DNA of 64,000 nucleotides from Tubiluchus corallicola (lineage: Eukaryota; Animalia; Priapulida), in NCBI GenBank assembly GCA_030141605.1, contig JAQGDQ010000046.1:682001-746000 (forward strand). Direction: 5' to 3'. This document shows, in pieces, positions 38,701 through 51,400 of this stretch. Below the pieces are notes generated by a model that saw nothing but the letters and a program-made list of their open reading frames with translations, was not told where the DNA came from and made no database searches. How positions within the stretch are numbered: the stretch's first letter is position 1; each line of letters starts with the position of its first letter. A program made the position numbers and the translations under genes.

Positions 38701-41246
38701 AAAAGTTCTAAAATGTAAAAATAGGACACAATGTTATAAATAAAGTGGTCAGGCCACAGGAGCAAACACCTTTCCAACTGTGCAGTACTTAATGCACTGA
38801 AAATAAGCAATCAAGTGGAATATTCAGCTACTAGCAGTGTTGGGTAAGCTACAAAGCAATTGTAGTCAGCTAAGCTACAGCTAATATTTTGACAAAGTAG
38901 CTATTAAAAATAACCACATTTAAAATTTACTCACAAAAAATGTAGCTAACTACAGTGCTAGCTGCTTTGACTTTTTGTGCTGGTATCCTAGGATAGCATG
39001 TCATTTAATTTTATTATTATTATAAATATCATTTCTTGTCAGCAACGGTGAAATTGCATTTAAACTTTAAATTATTCATAGTAATTAGGCATACATTTGA
39101 CTGTAAAATTATAAGTAATTACCAAATCAGCAATAAGTTGGTTTTACAATTCATGTTGGTTAAAGTCATTGTCAGCTCTGCTAAAACTGCCTATAATAAT
39201 AAACTGTCACGTTTATCCCTTGGAAGCGATTTCTCTCACAGAAAGATCGCTGGAATTTCCCATTTACCAAACAATCTGCTGCACAATGTCCATTCAGTAA
39301 TAGCAAAATTTATAAGGTTAAATATTGCAATTATAGGTTTATTTTGGATATCCACAGAAGTAAAATATTTTGCAAGTCATTGGACACTGGTTATAAAAAG
39401 AAAATAGCATAAAATGTGTAATGGGAGCTACTTGTTCTTAGTATGAGTAAATGTTACTTTTAGGTCGCCATTTGTGAAAAATAAAACTGTGCTTCACTTA
39501 TACTACTCACACTGGCTACTGGCTAGTAATCTTGACAACAATCAACAGGTAAGAAAAACTAAAGACACACAAGCACGCAAACACAAGAAAGAACAACAGT
39601 GCTATTAAAACTATAACTTACCTTTACAGCCATTTCGCACTTTATTAAAATGTGGTCTGATTTCCATAAGATCTAAATTTTCATTAGTATTATAATTAAC
39701 AAAATATACTGATATAAAAGTGCTTACAGAAATTTCTCTACTATCACACGGTCCTATCACATCAATAGATTCAGCAAGAAATTCTACAGCTTGCTCAGGT
39801 CCAATACTAGATACCAATTTACCACTTATTGATAGGCAGCTGCCAAAAGTTATCCACCTAAAAAGAGAAATTTGCATACACGATACTGCCCGAGACAAAT
39901 ATTAATAGATCTACGATTTACAATTACAAACTTTGATCTACAACTTAGATAAGTCAAGCAATGTGATTGCTAAAAACAAATCGCAAAAAAATGATAAAAA
40001 ATGTTACTAGCAATACAAGCAGAAATGATGTAAAAATAAATAATAAATATGCAAGTCTAATGAAGATTATTACTGCTTGAGAAATTACCTCAAATCAGTT
40101 TAAAACCTATAGGACATTGCTGATGTAAAAGGTGTAACATTTTTCTAATTCTTGTAAAACAACATATAAATGTTAGATCAGAGCTCCAATAGCCAAATTA
40201 TTCTGTGACATATGGTAATGATTCTTGCCTTGTGATTTAGCCAGCTTTATGCTTCCATAATAATTGACAGTTCCAAATAAAGTTTTACCATTTATAGCAC
40301 ATAAATATACTTACCTGTTCATTAAATCAGATCTGACAACAACCTGAAACTTCTGAGTAGAGCCATCACAGAGATCTATAAATGTTGCTCTCTTTGTAGT
40401 TCTTACATCACGTACCCAACCCTGCATATAAAAAAACTGGACTGTACATTGGTCAAATGAGATGTTACTGTACACATGTTCAGCAAGTTATACTTTTAAT
40501 ATTAAAGTGGTTAAACAGGCAATTCTGTAATTTAGTGTTGTCGGCATTGGTTGAAACACATACAAAGCAAATGAACAGTTATCACGTAAAATGTAATTAA
40601 AAAATGGAATGTTGAGAGAGTAGTCTTCTTTAAGATTTCCACATACAGTTTGGCCTGTCAAGCTATGCTTTTAGGCTCAAACTGTATGCATCAAAATTAT
40701 TCTGTAATGTAATTTGCACATGTATATGCTGCATTTTGTAATTTCTGGATAATACTGCATTTATATTTATATTTACTTCAGTGAAATTATCTGTATTTTT
40801 ATTATAATTGTTAGATGCAGAGTAGAAATAAAAAACTTATAACTTATACTTATAGTTATAACTTAGTCTAAAATTCGAGGCAAACCCACAAAAAACATCA
40901 CATTTGGTTCTATTATTTATATAATTTAATGTGGAGTTTCATTTAACCATATTAGTAGAGAGGTGGGGGACTAGATGACTTTTCGTTCTTTTCGGCTTTG
41001 CTGTTATATCATTTGTATGCTTTACGTTTTCTATGTTACAAGGCAAAATAAACTATTCTGCTTAACTTAGCAAATGACACCTACCTTAACAGTTAGTAAG
41101 CAATTTAATTTAGAATTTTCAAATTTTAATTGCTTTAGGTTTTTCAAATTAGATGCAGTGCACAGCTTTCGTTGGTTTTGATGAAAAAGTAATCTGTTTA
41201 AAACTTTTCGCAAAATAATAATTTGTCTAAACGCGGGGGCAGCCAT
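29604..41246 (-). CDS. NARS2: Mitochondrial asparaginyl-tRNA synthetase gene, 12 coding exons, 1512 nt CDS / 503 aa
   Basis: Hand-spliced exons all have GT-AG boundaries and compatible phases. The protein has an Arg/Lys-rich presequence, the OB-fold start [30 protein letters not shown], motif 2 [34 protein letters not shown] and motif 3 GGYGLGFER...DAIPFPR. Confidence 0.97.
29867..29991 (-). CDS. NARS2: NARS2 exon 11
   Basis: [41 protein letters not shown](W); tag/gtaagg boundaries. Confidence 0.95.
30808..30994 (-). CDS. NARS2: NARS2 exon 10
   Basis: [62 protein letters not shown]; tag/gtaaat boundaries. Confidence 0.95.
31130..32540 (+). mobile_element. Internally deleted, decayed RTE-clade LINE in NARS2 intron 9
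   Basis: The 3' part reads (with frameshifts and stops) [37 protein letters not shown] and [14 protein letters not shown], typical of the RTE/BovB C-terminus. An endonuclease-start-like tract lies at ~31840-31990, after a GC-richer 5'UTR-like block. The 5' boundary is approximate. Confidence 0.75.
32923..32960 (-). CDS. NARS2: NARS2 exon 9 (38 nt)
   Basis: [12 protein letters not shown](R); ttttag/gtgggc boundaries. It supplies the phase 0 to phase 2 bridge needed between exons 8 and 10. Confidence 0.85.
34943..35044 (-). CDS. NARS2: NARS2 exon 8
   Basis: [34 protein letters not shown]; tag/gtaagc boundaries, phase 0/0. Confidence 0.92.
35585..35717 (-). CDS. NARS2: NARS2 exon 7
   Basis: [44 protein letters not shown] (class II motif 2); cag/gtaagt boundaries. 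Confidence 0.96.
36295..36455 (-). CDS. NARS2: NARS2 exon 6
   Basis: [53 protein letters not shown]; tag/gtaagt boundaries. Confidence 0.9.
37398..37478 (-). CDS. NARS2: NARS2 exon 5
   Basis: [27 protein letters not shown] (motif 1 region); cag/gtatt boundaries. Confidence 0.95.
38525..38665 (-). CDS. NARS2: NARS2 exon 4
   Basis: [47 protein letters not shown]; tag/gtaag boundaries. Confidence 0.95.
38835..39514. mobile_element. hAT-type MITE in NARS2 intron 3
   Basis: Termini CAGTGT...ACACTG, 8-bp TSD GCTACTAG (38827-38834) / GCTACTGG (39515-39522), subterminal AGCTAC/GTAGCT repeats. Confidence 0.65.
39728..39857 (-). CDS. NARS2: NARS2 exon 3
   Basis: [43 protein letters not shown]; tag/gtaagc boundaries. 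Confidence 0.93.
40315..40421 (-). CDS. NARS2: NARS2 exon 2
   Basis: [35 protein letters not shown]; cag acceptor, gtaagt donor. Confidence 0.93.
41085..41246 (-). CDS. NARS2: NARS2 coding exon 1 (mitochondrial targeting peptide)
   Basis: [29 protein letters not shown]...LLTVK, 162 nt, donor AAG|GTAGGT, phase 0 into the GWV exon. Confidence 0.85.
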
Positions 41247-41625
41247 TATGAATTACTGAGTTTTCGGCAAAATACTATTCACGAAATAATTATGAAATTA
41301 GCGTTACATTTTTGTAAAACACCTATAACAAAAAATAAACTAAGGTAAACTGCAGTGTGCTTTTATATATTGTTTGCGCAAAATATTAAACAGTAAAACA
41401 AAGATATATTTTTTGTTTCTTTTGTTTTATTGTTTTGCACCGTATCTTGCTTTAATCCAGGTCAAGTGGTCAAGGTAACTGAGGTAACTGTTTTTCTTGC
41501 GAAGTCTATTTCCTGGCTATTTCAAAAATAAAATTAATGCTATTGTGTTCACAACATCATAGAAATAAATAACTTATGCAGGAACAACATTTGTGGTCTT
41601 TTCTTGATAGCAAGATTCCATAGCA
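41247..41625. promoter_or_regulatory. Shared divergent promoter/5'UTR region of NARS2 and NDFIP
   Basis: 379 bp between the divergent ATGs. A candidate NDFIP 5'UTR intron runs from 41475 or 41484 to 41610 (AG|GTAACT donors, ttttcttgatag acceptor). Confidence 0.7.
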
Positions 41626-41652
41626 ATGGACAGAAGGACAAGATATGAGCGG
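41626..41652 (+). CDS. NDFIP1: NDFIP coding exon 1
   Basis: gcaATGG start, MDRRTRYER, donor CGG|gtaaga. RYER resembles the RYQQ|L exon junction of vertebrate NDFIP1. Confidence 0.75.
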
Positions 41653-44600
41653 GTAAGAACTCATTTTTTGACTTGTACTAGGTACTATTGTACTAGTCTA
41701 AGCCGTACTCAGCAGCAGCTTTTTCCGTTAAACGAAACATGAACCGCCATGCAGATTAGGGGCTAAACGAGCACACTCATTAAAACCGCATTTTCTTTCA
41801 CAATCGGCATGACAATCATGAACTAAAGGTTTCAACTTCACTGAGGTAACTCAGCTAAGTTATCGTTATTCTTAGTGCCCGATAATCATCTTGGCATGTG
41901 CACTATTCCACTCTTTCACTGTTTTAAGGTTTGTGATATGCGATATACCATACCCCATATACAATAAGACTGAAATAACATTGAAAGAATTGGTATGGCA
42001 GGATAGCTAAATTGTTTTTGACAGTATTTATTCATTATTTTTGACTAATGTGTTCTTTGTTAGATGTGGAGTTGGTCATTGTATTCTGTAACTGAAATAT
42101 TTGTGCAATAAACATTAATTGAATTCAAATGAAAATGCTAGCCTGTAGCACACTTGGTTGATGTAAGTTACATGAGGTGCCCAAATTATATAGAATCATG
42201 CCGTCAATGTCAGTTGCTAAGTCTTGCCCACTTGTTGGTGTAGCAGTACGTTTTCCAATGATCATTACCTACTTGTCGCGATTCTGTTTTATGGTGCTTC
42301 ATCCATTAGTTGATGTGCTGTGATTCACTGCCTTGTATATGATAGAGAAATCATTAGAAGTGTTTAAGTGTGTCCTACTTCAGTTAGTTGCATACTCCGC
42401 TCTCTACATTAAGTTCCAGCACTGCAGTGTGCTAATTGATTTAGTGAACACATTATACAAGCAAAATATTTAATGATAAATTATCTACACTTCAAATTTA
42501 CTTTTTGCAAGCGATATCTGTTCTAAACGTATTTGTGAATTTTGAACTTATATTATCAATAGTTCAGTTATAGTTTAGTTTATTTCACTTGCAAGCAATT
42601 TTCCTGCACGATATATTTCTGTGAAGTTGTATTTGAAAGTGTGACAAGAAATTCAAAGCTGTCAGAGATGTCATGAAGCTCCCCCAGAAAAGGAGCTTTG
42701 AAGCCGAATCTGAATTTGAGCTTTGGTTTGCTGAAGTGTTACTTTAGATCTGAACCAATTTGGCAGAATATTTTTTAAAAAAAATTCGGCTTAGCTTTGA
42801 CTGCAAAGGTGATTCGATAGTACTTTATTGCAAAAGCAATTACTCACGCTTACTTTACTTTAAATTTTTGACAAAATTACTTAATAGTTAACTCAAATTC
42901 ACTGCATTTTTTGATAATTTTGTCCTACTAGGAATATTCAAAAGTTTTAAAGTTCTGCTAGTTTCGATAAAAATACAAGATCTTTTGTATTACTTATTGT
43001 GCAATGTTGCACACAACGTGACTTAAACGAGTGTGGTTTCTTGTCCCAGATTTTTTACACCCAGTGCAGGTAATAGCATCCCTAAGCCTTTAGAATAACA
43101 CTCAGTTTAAAGAAGTGCCATAAAAATCAGGAATCTAATTTGTTTTGGTTTTGAAAATGATAGATTTAAGAGAAACTGTAATAGCAGTAGCCTTCCAAAA
43201 GAAGGATTTCTGGCCTCCTTTATATTGCTGTTAATCTTATCAACTTCCAAAGAGGCACATCTCGTCTTTGGAATATCTACTTCTGCATATTTCTACTTTG
43301 TAAATCAGAATACAGTAGTGTTGTCATGTCAAAAAATACTCATAATGTAATTATTGCTAGGCTCTTCTTTTAACTAGCTTTCGTCTGAAGACCAGGAAGT
43401 AGAGATTAATGCAGAGTTGAACGAAGAATCTCAGCCTAATGCCGCAGTCAGTCTGTCGATGGTCGTACCTCCAGAACACCATACCACTGAACAATCAGAT
43501 GCAGATGGAGGTTTGGAAATTTTTGTTTTCTGTAACTGAAGTCTTGAACTTATTTAAAAATGAGTTGATTATGCATATAAGTTGAAAATACTTGAAAATG
43601 CAGTACATTAGTATTTTTCGTATCTTCCTAAATGTGCATTTTGGTTTTGGTATTGAAAGCATTATCCAGTTTTAGACTACAGTACTACTGCTCCACTGAT
43701 TTATGGTTTGAAATACCTGAAGTATAATAAAAAATTGTTTTTAAATATGACCAGGGATGGCCGATCCTGATCATACAATCGGTGATTGGGCCCCGATCAT
43801 AGGTACTTCCTGATTGTATAAATCGGGATCAGGAAACGTAAAAAGGCAGGACACACTTAACTGACCAACTTTGTGCAAAAAGTAGATTCAATACACCTAA
43901 TACTAAATTTTGGTTTTATTTATATTCTTAGATTACACTTAAGCGTATTTAAAGTCAAAATTCGTTAATCATCAGATTATAGACAATTAGATCGATAACA
44001 GTGCCTTTGTTTTGGAGCATAATTTGCAAAACAATTGTACTTGATTAGCAGCACTACAGACAAACTACATAAATCAGTCATGACACCATGGTAGCTGTGT
44101 GAATTCACAAAGTTGCGCATCAGTCCAGTGATAACTGATAAACTTGAAATTTTGAATTGCACATAAGGCTTGTTGATTCTGAATGTTTTGTGTATTACGT
44201 TGAGGCACGATTCTACAGTTTTATTTTGTAAATGTGCAATTCGCACTTGGATGATTCCTGCCTGTGAAAAATTGTACTGTAATTTGGTGTGATTGCTAGC
44301 TGCATTTGCAGTCCATTAATTGAGTTTTTAACTAGTATTTAAATCCTAAAAAATAACAATTATTATGGTTACAAAAATGTGTATTTTAGAACTTAGGTTT
44401 AAATGAGTTAGAATTAATGATTTTAGATTGTTGTAATTTTGTTTATAGCCTGGGCCGCTCCACCACCTGACAGCTCGGCTCCACCTGAGTATGATGTGGC
44501 TACTGCACTACCATCTTATGATGATGTGCAAAAACAAAAGGAACAAGAATCGGCTCAAGGTCCTTCGCACATGGTATGTCTGTTGACTTAAATTATGAAT

Positions 44601-47600
44601 TGTTAAATTCCTGTGGTCAGTGCTTAGGCCTTATATTCATAATATTTGAATATTTCAGTGACTTTATGGGCTGGTTACATTAACTCATTTCTAAGTTACG
44701 TTAAGTCAGTGACTGATTTGTTTACTAATCATTTGTCTTTGAGGTAATTGTTCTTAACAATAGCAGCTTAAGAGAATAGCCACAGTGAAGCTCTGACTTT
44801 CAAGTGTTTAAGCATATCATGGTCTTTGCTGTCAGCTGGCAATCTTACGTGGATGGAGGCCCGTTATTACTTGTACTAATTTCAGAAATTGTAGAAAGCA
44901 TGATTGTTTGTACTAAAATACCTAGACAGTATTAATGGATGTACCTAAATGTACACTCATTTCTGTTAATCGGATATTGCTTGAGGTTTAACGTAGTTCG
45001 TTACACAGCTAATTGCATTACATTTGCCACATGTGTCCTAAAATATTGAGCAGCCTGTCTTGTGGCTTTATGAAGAGGGCATCAACTGTGTAATTAAAAT
45101 TCAAACTTGATCAAATTATACATACGACTGCAAATAGTGTAATTACAAGTTCATCGTTGAGCCTGATTAACTTGCAGGCCATAGATAAATTTAGCTTTTA
45201 GACAATATTTGTTAATTTTCTTTCAATAAGTGTGTACAGGCAAAACAGCCAATGGATCCGTTAAGGCAGGCTCTTAATATTTGTGACAATCACATTTTTA
45301 TTCCCAGGTCTTTTTTAAGCTTTATGCATTATCAAGCATTTTGTGCTGTTTCGTGCAGTAAATGAAGCATTTTTCGTGCATACTAGTAGATTTTTTCAAA
45401 TAGTTAAATTATCTGAATATTTGAACAAAAACCGCCAGCACACCTTCAAGTAGCTAAAGAAATATCCATATTTTCTGCACTAACGATATTTGTGAAAAAA
45501 TATAGAATTTCACATAGCAGCAAACTACAGCTGAGCTTTAATAACTGGTTGCCATAGTGTTCGTAATAGGTAGCCTGCTGTGTGCATTGTCCTGCTGTAT
45601 ATTCTTACAACTGGGTATTGGTAAGTTGGTGTTGCTATTTGCCCTATTAAAGTCTCACTGTTTCTCATACAGTTATTTATTTATTCTCCGCCACTTTAAT
45701 GCTTAATAACTCGTAAGCCTTGCAAGCTAGGGTCACCAAACTCACTGGGCTGGTAGTCCTGCGTGGGGAACGTACAATTGTATAACAACTGCTGACCACT
45801 GGTCAAGGGGGAAGGACAGTGGGCGTTGGTCAGTTTTTCCTTTATGATTCAACTCCTCCTAGGGCTTTCGTTATTTTCCAAATTTTTGTTTACATGTATT
45901 TGGGTACTGTGGGGCAGGTGTGCACCTGGGGTTTTAAAAAGCTGACAAGCTTTAAATGCCCGAGTGAGTGGCCAAAATGCAAAATTTGGAGTCCCCCCAA
46001 TTTGTGACCTTTTACATGCTGAGTGCTAGGGATACAAAATTCATAGGGTACACTCTCTGGCCAAAGTTGTGTGCATACAGGTGACCCGAGTGGCCGGGTC
46101 AAAAGTCACGGAGCGGTCAGGTCTTCATTTATTTTTCTTAGGATCCATCTGCTCCCATAGTTTTTGAGCTAGGGCGACAATATTTGGTATGTGGGGCCAG
46201 GTTGTTGGATATGGCAAAATATGGATAATTTGGAGGGGGAAGATTTTCCGCTAGGAGGCAAAAACCAAAAAATAGGGGTTGGGAACAGAAATGCATCAAG
46301 TGTCTTAGAATAGTACCGTGTAGCATATCAAATGAAAGGTCTCAATGAGACGAGTCGAATGGCAAAGGTTACAGTGTAAATCGTTAATCTGTGACCCAGC
46401 TAGGGACAAAATAGGGGTCGAGGAGACATAAGCCTTCCAGGGTCTACCAAAAGTAGGTTGTTGTATATCAAATGAAAGGCCTCAATGACACAAACTGAAC
46501 AATATAAGTTATGCCAAGATTGTTGACCTTTGATCCGTGGGTAATGGGCTGAACAGTTAAATGCTGAGGTATTATTGTGAAATGCACTTTCCATGTACTC
46601 AAGCAATTCAATAAAAGAAAATAAGCACTTTCTAAAAAAGGCTGTCATCTCTTCATTGTTAAGGCTGAATTTTACAACTATTGTTGGCAAAATCTTCAGT
46701 TTCTGACCACGTCAGAAACATTGTCAACTAGTTAATTTTTTGTTTGCTATCTAGGAACAAATGAGAAAAGCATTGCAAGTGTGTAATTGCACTATTTGCA
46801 GTCCTATGAAACCTCTGCTTTTAAAAAAATGTAGTACATTGTCATACGGGCATTAGCGTTTTTGTTTGCTGTCATTTAATTTCCAAGGTCTACCGCTAAT
46901 GAGTTTTGTGCACATTCAACTGTATTTTGTTGGAAAGTTGATTGTTAAAAAAGTCAATTTTATATATTTTCATCTTATTTTATATAAATTTTGTTTTATA
47001 TCACATAGTGTATTTATACAACATTTAGTTTAATTGTTGTAAAGCTCCGTGTGTTAAGTAAATTATTCACAGTTTGCACCTCTTTACAATTTGATACACA
47101 TTAGAAGGGTACCATATGAATGCAGATTTAGCAGTTTTTGCTTTTGCATGTCACAGTGCCACTTATTGTATTAAAATGTTTTTTTTTCTCTAAGCTTTTA
47201 CTGTTATCTATGTTTAAGCTATATATTTTTTGTAATCTAAATTAGTTATTACAGTATTTTCTATTATTAGTTTTTTCCTTGGAAATTGTTTGTAAAAATT
47301 TCTTTCTATTTTCATCATCTTTTTAATGTTTTAATTGAAACAGTTGCACAATGACTGCAGCGAAGGAGTGCCACTGCATCCAAGCTCAACTGCAGACCCT
47401 GTCTTAGGAACAGATCTAATGTTTTTCTTCACCTTTATGAGTAAGTATGATGAATTTTAGCACTCTTTGTTTGGAATTTGCAAACACCTGCTGTCTTTAT
47501 TATAATAATTTATGGCAAAGTGCTAATGATATTCATTTCTGTTTATATTTCGTCCTTGGACATTAATAATGTACAGTTATTAACTTGAGTTAATCAACTT

Positions 47601-48403
47601 GGATGCTAACTGCGACAAAGTTTCTCTAATCTTTCAACTTCCACCTGGACTTGTCCAACCAAACTTTAACAACCCTTTAAAAATTATGCAGTGTCATAAG
47701 TAAGCAGTAAACTGTTATATTGAACTACTCATCAGTTATTGGTTTTGCATTTTGGGAAATGAAAAACCATTGGTTCTTGTTTTTTCTTTGCAGCCTTTTG
47801 TACCAGAACCTATAGTAGCACTAAACAATAGTATGTAAGCCAGAATTTGTTGCTGTGGCATTGTACATACTTAAACATGTCATTAGAACTGCTTTAGAGG
47901 AATTATACAAAAAGTTTATCAATAGTATTTGTCAGTAACCTTGTGATTTATGAAAAACTTAATTTTTGAAACTACTAAGTCAGAAAGCTGGTGCTATTTT
48001 ATTTTATTTTTTACAGTTTGTTGAAAAATGTGAATACACACATCTACTTGAAAATTCCTCTTATCAGGAGAATTACCTTCTGAAGAAAATTAACTAATCT
48101 GGGTTAGACTGTTATAGTTAGCATTTTCAATTATTCTACTTGAGTTTAAAAAAGTAAGTTTAAAAAAGCTTGATTTTGGGAGTAACCTGATATTTTTTTC
48201 ACAGTTGCTTTTCTCTTCAATTGGATTGGCTTGCTTTTTTCCATCTGCATATCTCAGACAATTGCTGGACGCTATGGAGCTCTATCCGGATTCGGTCTTT
48301 CTCTGGTCAAGTGGACACTCATAGTCAAACATTCAACTGATCTGGCTGAAGGAAATTACTGGTTCTGGTGGCTTTTGATGCTTTGTGGTAAGTTAATTAA
48401 TTG

Positions 48404-48447
<44 letters not shown>

Positions 48448-51400
48448 TAGTTTAGTCTTAAAAACACACTCCATCTGGAGATCTCAGTGCTTTTTACAAT
48501 AAAGTTAAAAGAGATAAAAACAATTCGTTCAGTCAAATGAAGATAATTAGACAGTTACAATTTAAAAGAAATGTGTATATATATATATATAATATATAAC
48601 ATTGAATAAAAATTTGCGGTTACAGTTACCAATAAAAATAGTTAAAACGATTATAATTTAACACTAATAGATTTAAATTTTCGTGAAAATGAATAAAAAG
48701 TCATGGTAACAAAGCTACATACCTTATTTTAACATACTAAAATATTTAGAGTGCAAATCAATATGGGGCAGCATAAACTCATTCCCCAATATGATATGTT
48801 CGATAGGCAAGTGTGTTTTGACACATTTTTTGAAGGTTTTTGTACATTAAATTTGAACTAATTATCTTAATTTCATACAGAAAACTTCTTAAGATATTAT
48901 TAAGATTATTAACAGATTTCTTAAGATAATTTAATTATTTTAAAATTATGGGTCAACAATGTTTGCACTGCAAAGGTGTCTGGATTAAATAAGTCTCAAT
49001 ACTAAACGTTTTCACATTAAAAATTTCCTTTGGATCAAGTTTGATTTCAGAAATTCAGTAAATGTGTAAGATCATGAACTACTAATGTTCAATGCTTGGT
49101 CGCTTGATAATTAATAATTAAACAAATCAAACTAAACTGCTGTTTTTTTTCTAAAGATGCTCCTAACTGTATCATACAGGATATGGTCTTCTCTGTATAA
49201 TGGCTAAATATTTCAAATATAAATCATTAATTTTGTTTTATTGTTTGGTTTATCAGTGTTGATTTGGCATATGATGTGCTAACAAAATCTTGATACATCT
49301 TGTTACATTTCCTAAATGTATTGTCAAATATAGTTTCATGCATGCAAGTATTGTTTGTGATTAATTTACACATGAGAGTGCCACATCCACTGTATTGGGA
49401 TCTTTGTTATACAAGTTAGCTAGCAAATTACTGACAGATGGACTTTAAACAGTGCTCACACAGGAACAGAATGCTAAACCAATTTTGTATGTATATAACT
49501 GTGCCTCCATATCAATCAGTCAGTGATGGATCACTTATGACGCTGATTTTCCAGGGATTCTTTGTATCCAAGTACTGGCCCAGTCTGCGTCTTGAACCTT
49601 TAAAGTACTAAACTGGCAGAAGTGTCTTAATTACATTCGGATGTGCAATTCTCGTTTAACTAGTAGTTTATCTAGAGGATTCGCTATTTAGAGGATTAGA
49701 TGATAGTATACGAGATGCCAGCAGCTACAACCATCTACGTTGTTGGCCTTGCTAGTGAGTGCCGTGGATCCCAGAACCCCAGATCAATACATAAAAACCA
49801 CTGATATAAGCATCACCATTTTTTAGTGATGTGATTTTTGATGTTGCATACTGACCATTGTTCAAATTGCGGAACAACCTATACGACTATTTGAGTTTAC
49901 GGCTTGACTGCAACTTAATTTATTAATTATACAAAACCAACTATAACTCATATTTCCTTCTACTTTTTAGCAATTTTTTTATCGCTATCTGTTTTGCTAA
50001 ATTCATCGCAGACGCCGCCATACTTAGTGTGCGTGCACACACGCACGGATGCTTTAATATACAGGTCCGACTTGTGTCCAATTAGTTTTACGACCAATCT
50101 GCCAGAGCACATTGTGGTTGTAAGTCGACGACTACCTGTATAAATATTTGACTTCAAGCATTAAAGGAAAAACCTACTCTCAAACAGCATTCATTGTATT
50201 TTAATATACACTTAAAAATATTGACATTACAACGTAATGTGTTCGCATAAATGCCTTGCTTAATAATGCAAAAGAAATTTAAATCTTTCGTATCTTCCAC
50301 CAAAAAGCCTCGCTGCAGGCATATTTAAAAATTGCATGTATAACAAAGTTCACTCAGAAAATCTACCATTCTAGCTGACTAAATATTTGCGCTTAACTGT
50401 ATTTATGTAAAAAAACCCACTGGATTAATTAACAACAACTCCAAAGTGCATACATAGCTTTATTCCACAGGATTATACCTCAAAATTTATAAGTAATACA
50501 CGTAATAATTACAGATAAGCATGGAAGCCTACAAGGCTGTGAAAAATACAGAAGGCTCTGGGTAGTTTACTTAACTTACAGAGTTCAATTTTAGCTTGTT
50601 AAAATTATTATTCTGTTATTTTGTTGGTGTTCACTAGCTGAATTATCATATTATCATATGTAACTGTTTTTTTATCACAAGGGTTCGTCAAAAAGCAAAA
50701 AATAGTATTAATGATCTCTCGTTTAATGTGTTGAATTGTTTGTAGTTGATAATAGTAACTGCTGCTGCAAGAAAAGTTTGTTCAAGCACATGCTGGGATA
50801 AGTTTTTGTGTTTTCTGATGACACCATTTTTCATTTAAGATGATCACACCCACACGTGGAGTGATCGCGAATTTAGATCGATTTTCCTAATTACGCGAGG
50901 CGCGTGTCACAACTTTATTATTGACACTTTCTACTATTTTTCTCAAATGTTAAAATAAACTGAACTTCCGAAGAGTAATAATTTTGCAAATAAGGAGGTG
51001 GCTCCATCTTTTGCTGAGTGTAATTATTATTTAGCTGTTTTATTGTAGCGTTTTCATTCGGTTTTACAAAACCTATGAACTTTTCTTCTATTGATTTTCT
51101 GTTTCTTATAGGATGTTACTAAGAGTTTGAAAAGTGGACATTTCAGTAAATTTCTATTAGCCACAGTAACATTTCTTAGCATTGGTCGTTTACATGCTGG
51201 TGCTATTTATGTATAGTAATCTTTAGTAATCTTTATACTCATTTCATAACATGCATATTGAGTTCTGTCATTGAATGAAATTAATCTGAAAAGTTCTGAA
51301 ACATCAGAAAGCATCCATCTGTGTGGAAGATGATGTTAATTTTTTGGTCCAAGCTACCACAACCAGTTAACCGTTCAGACATTTTTTGTACCATTAAATT

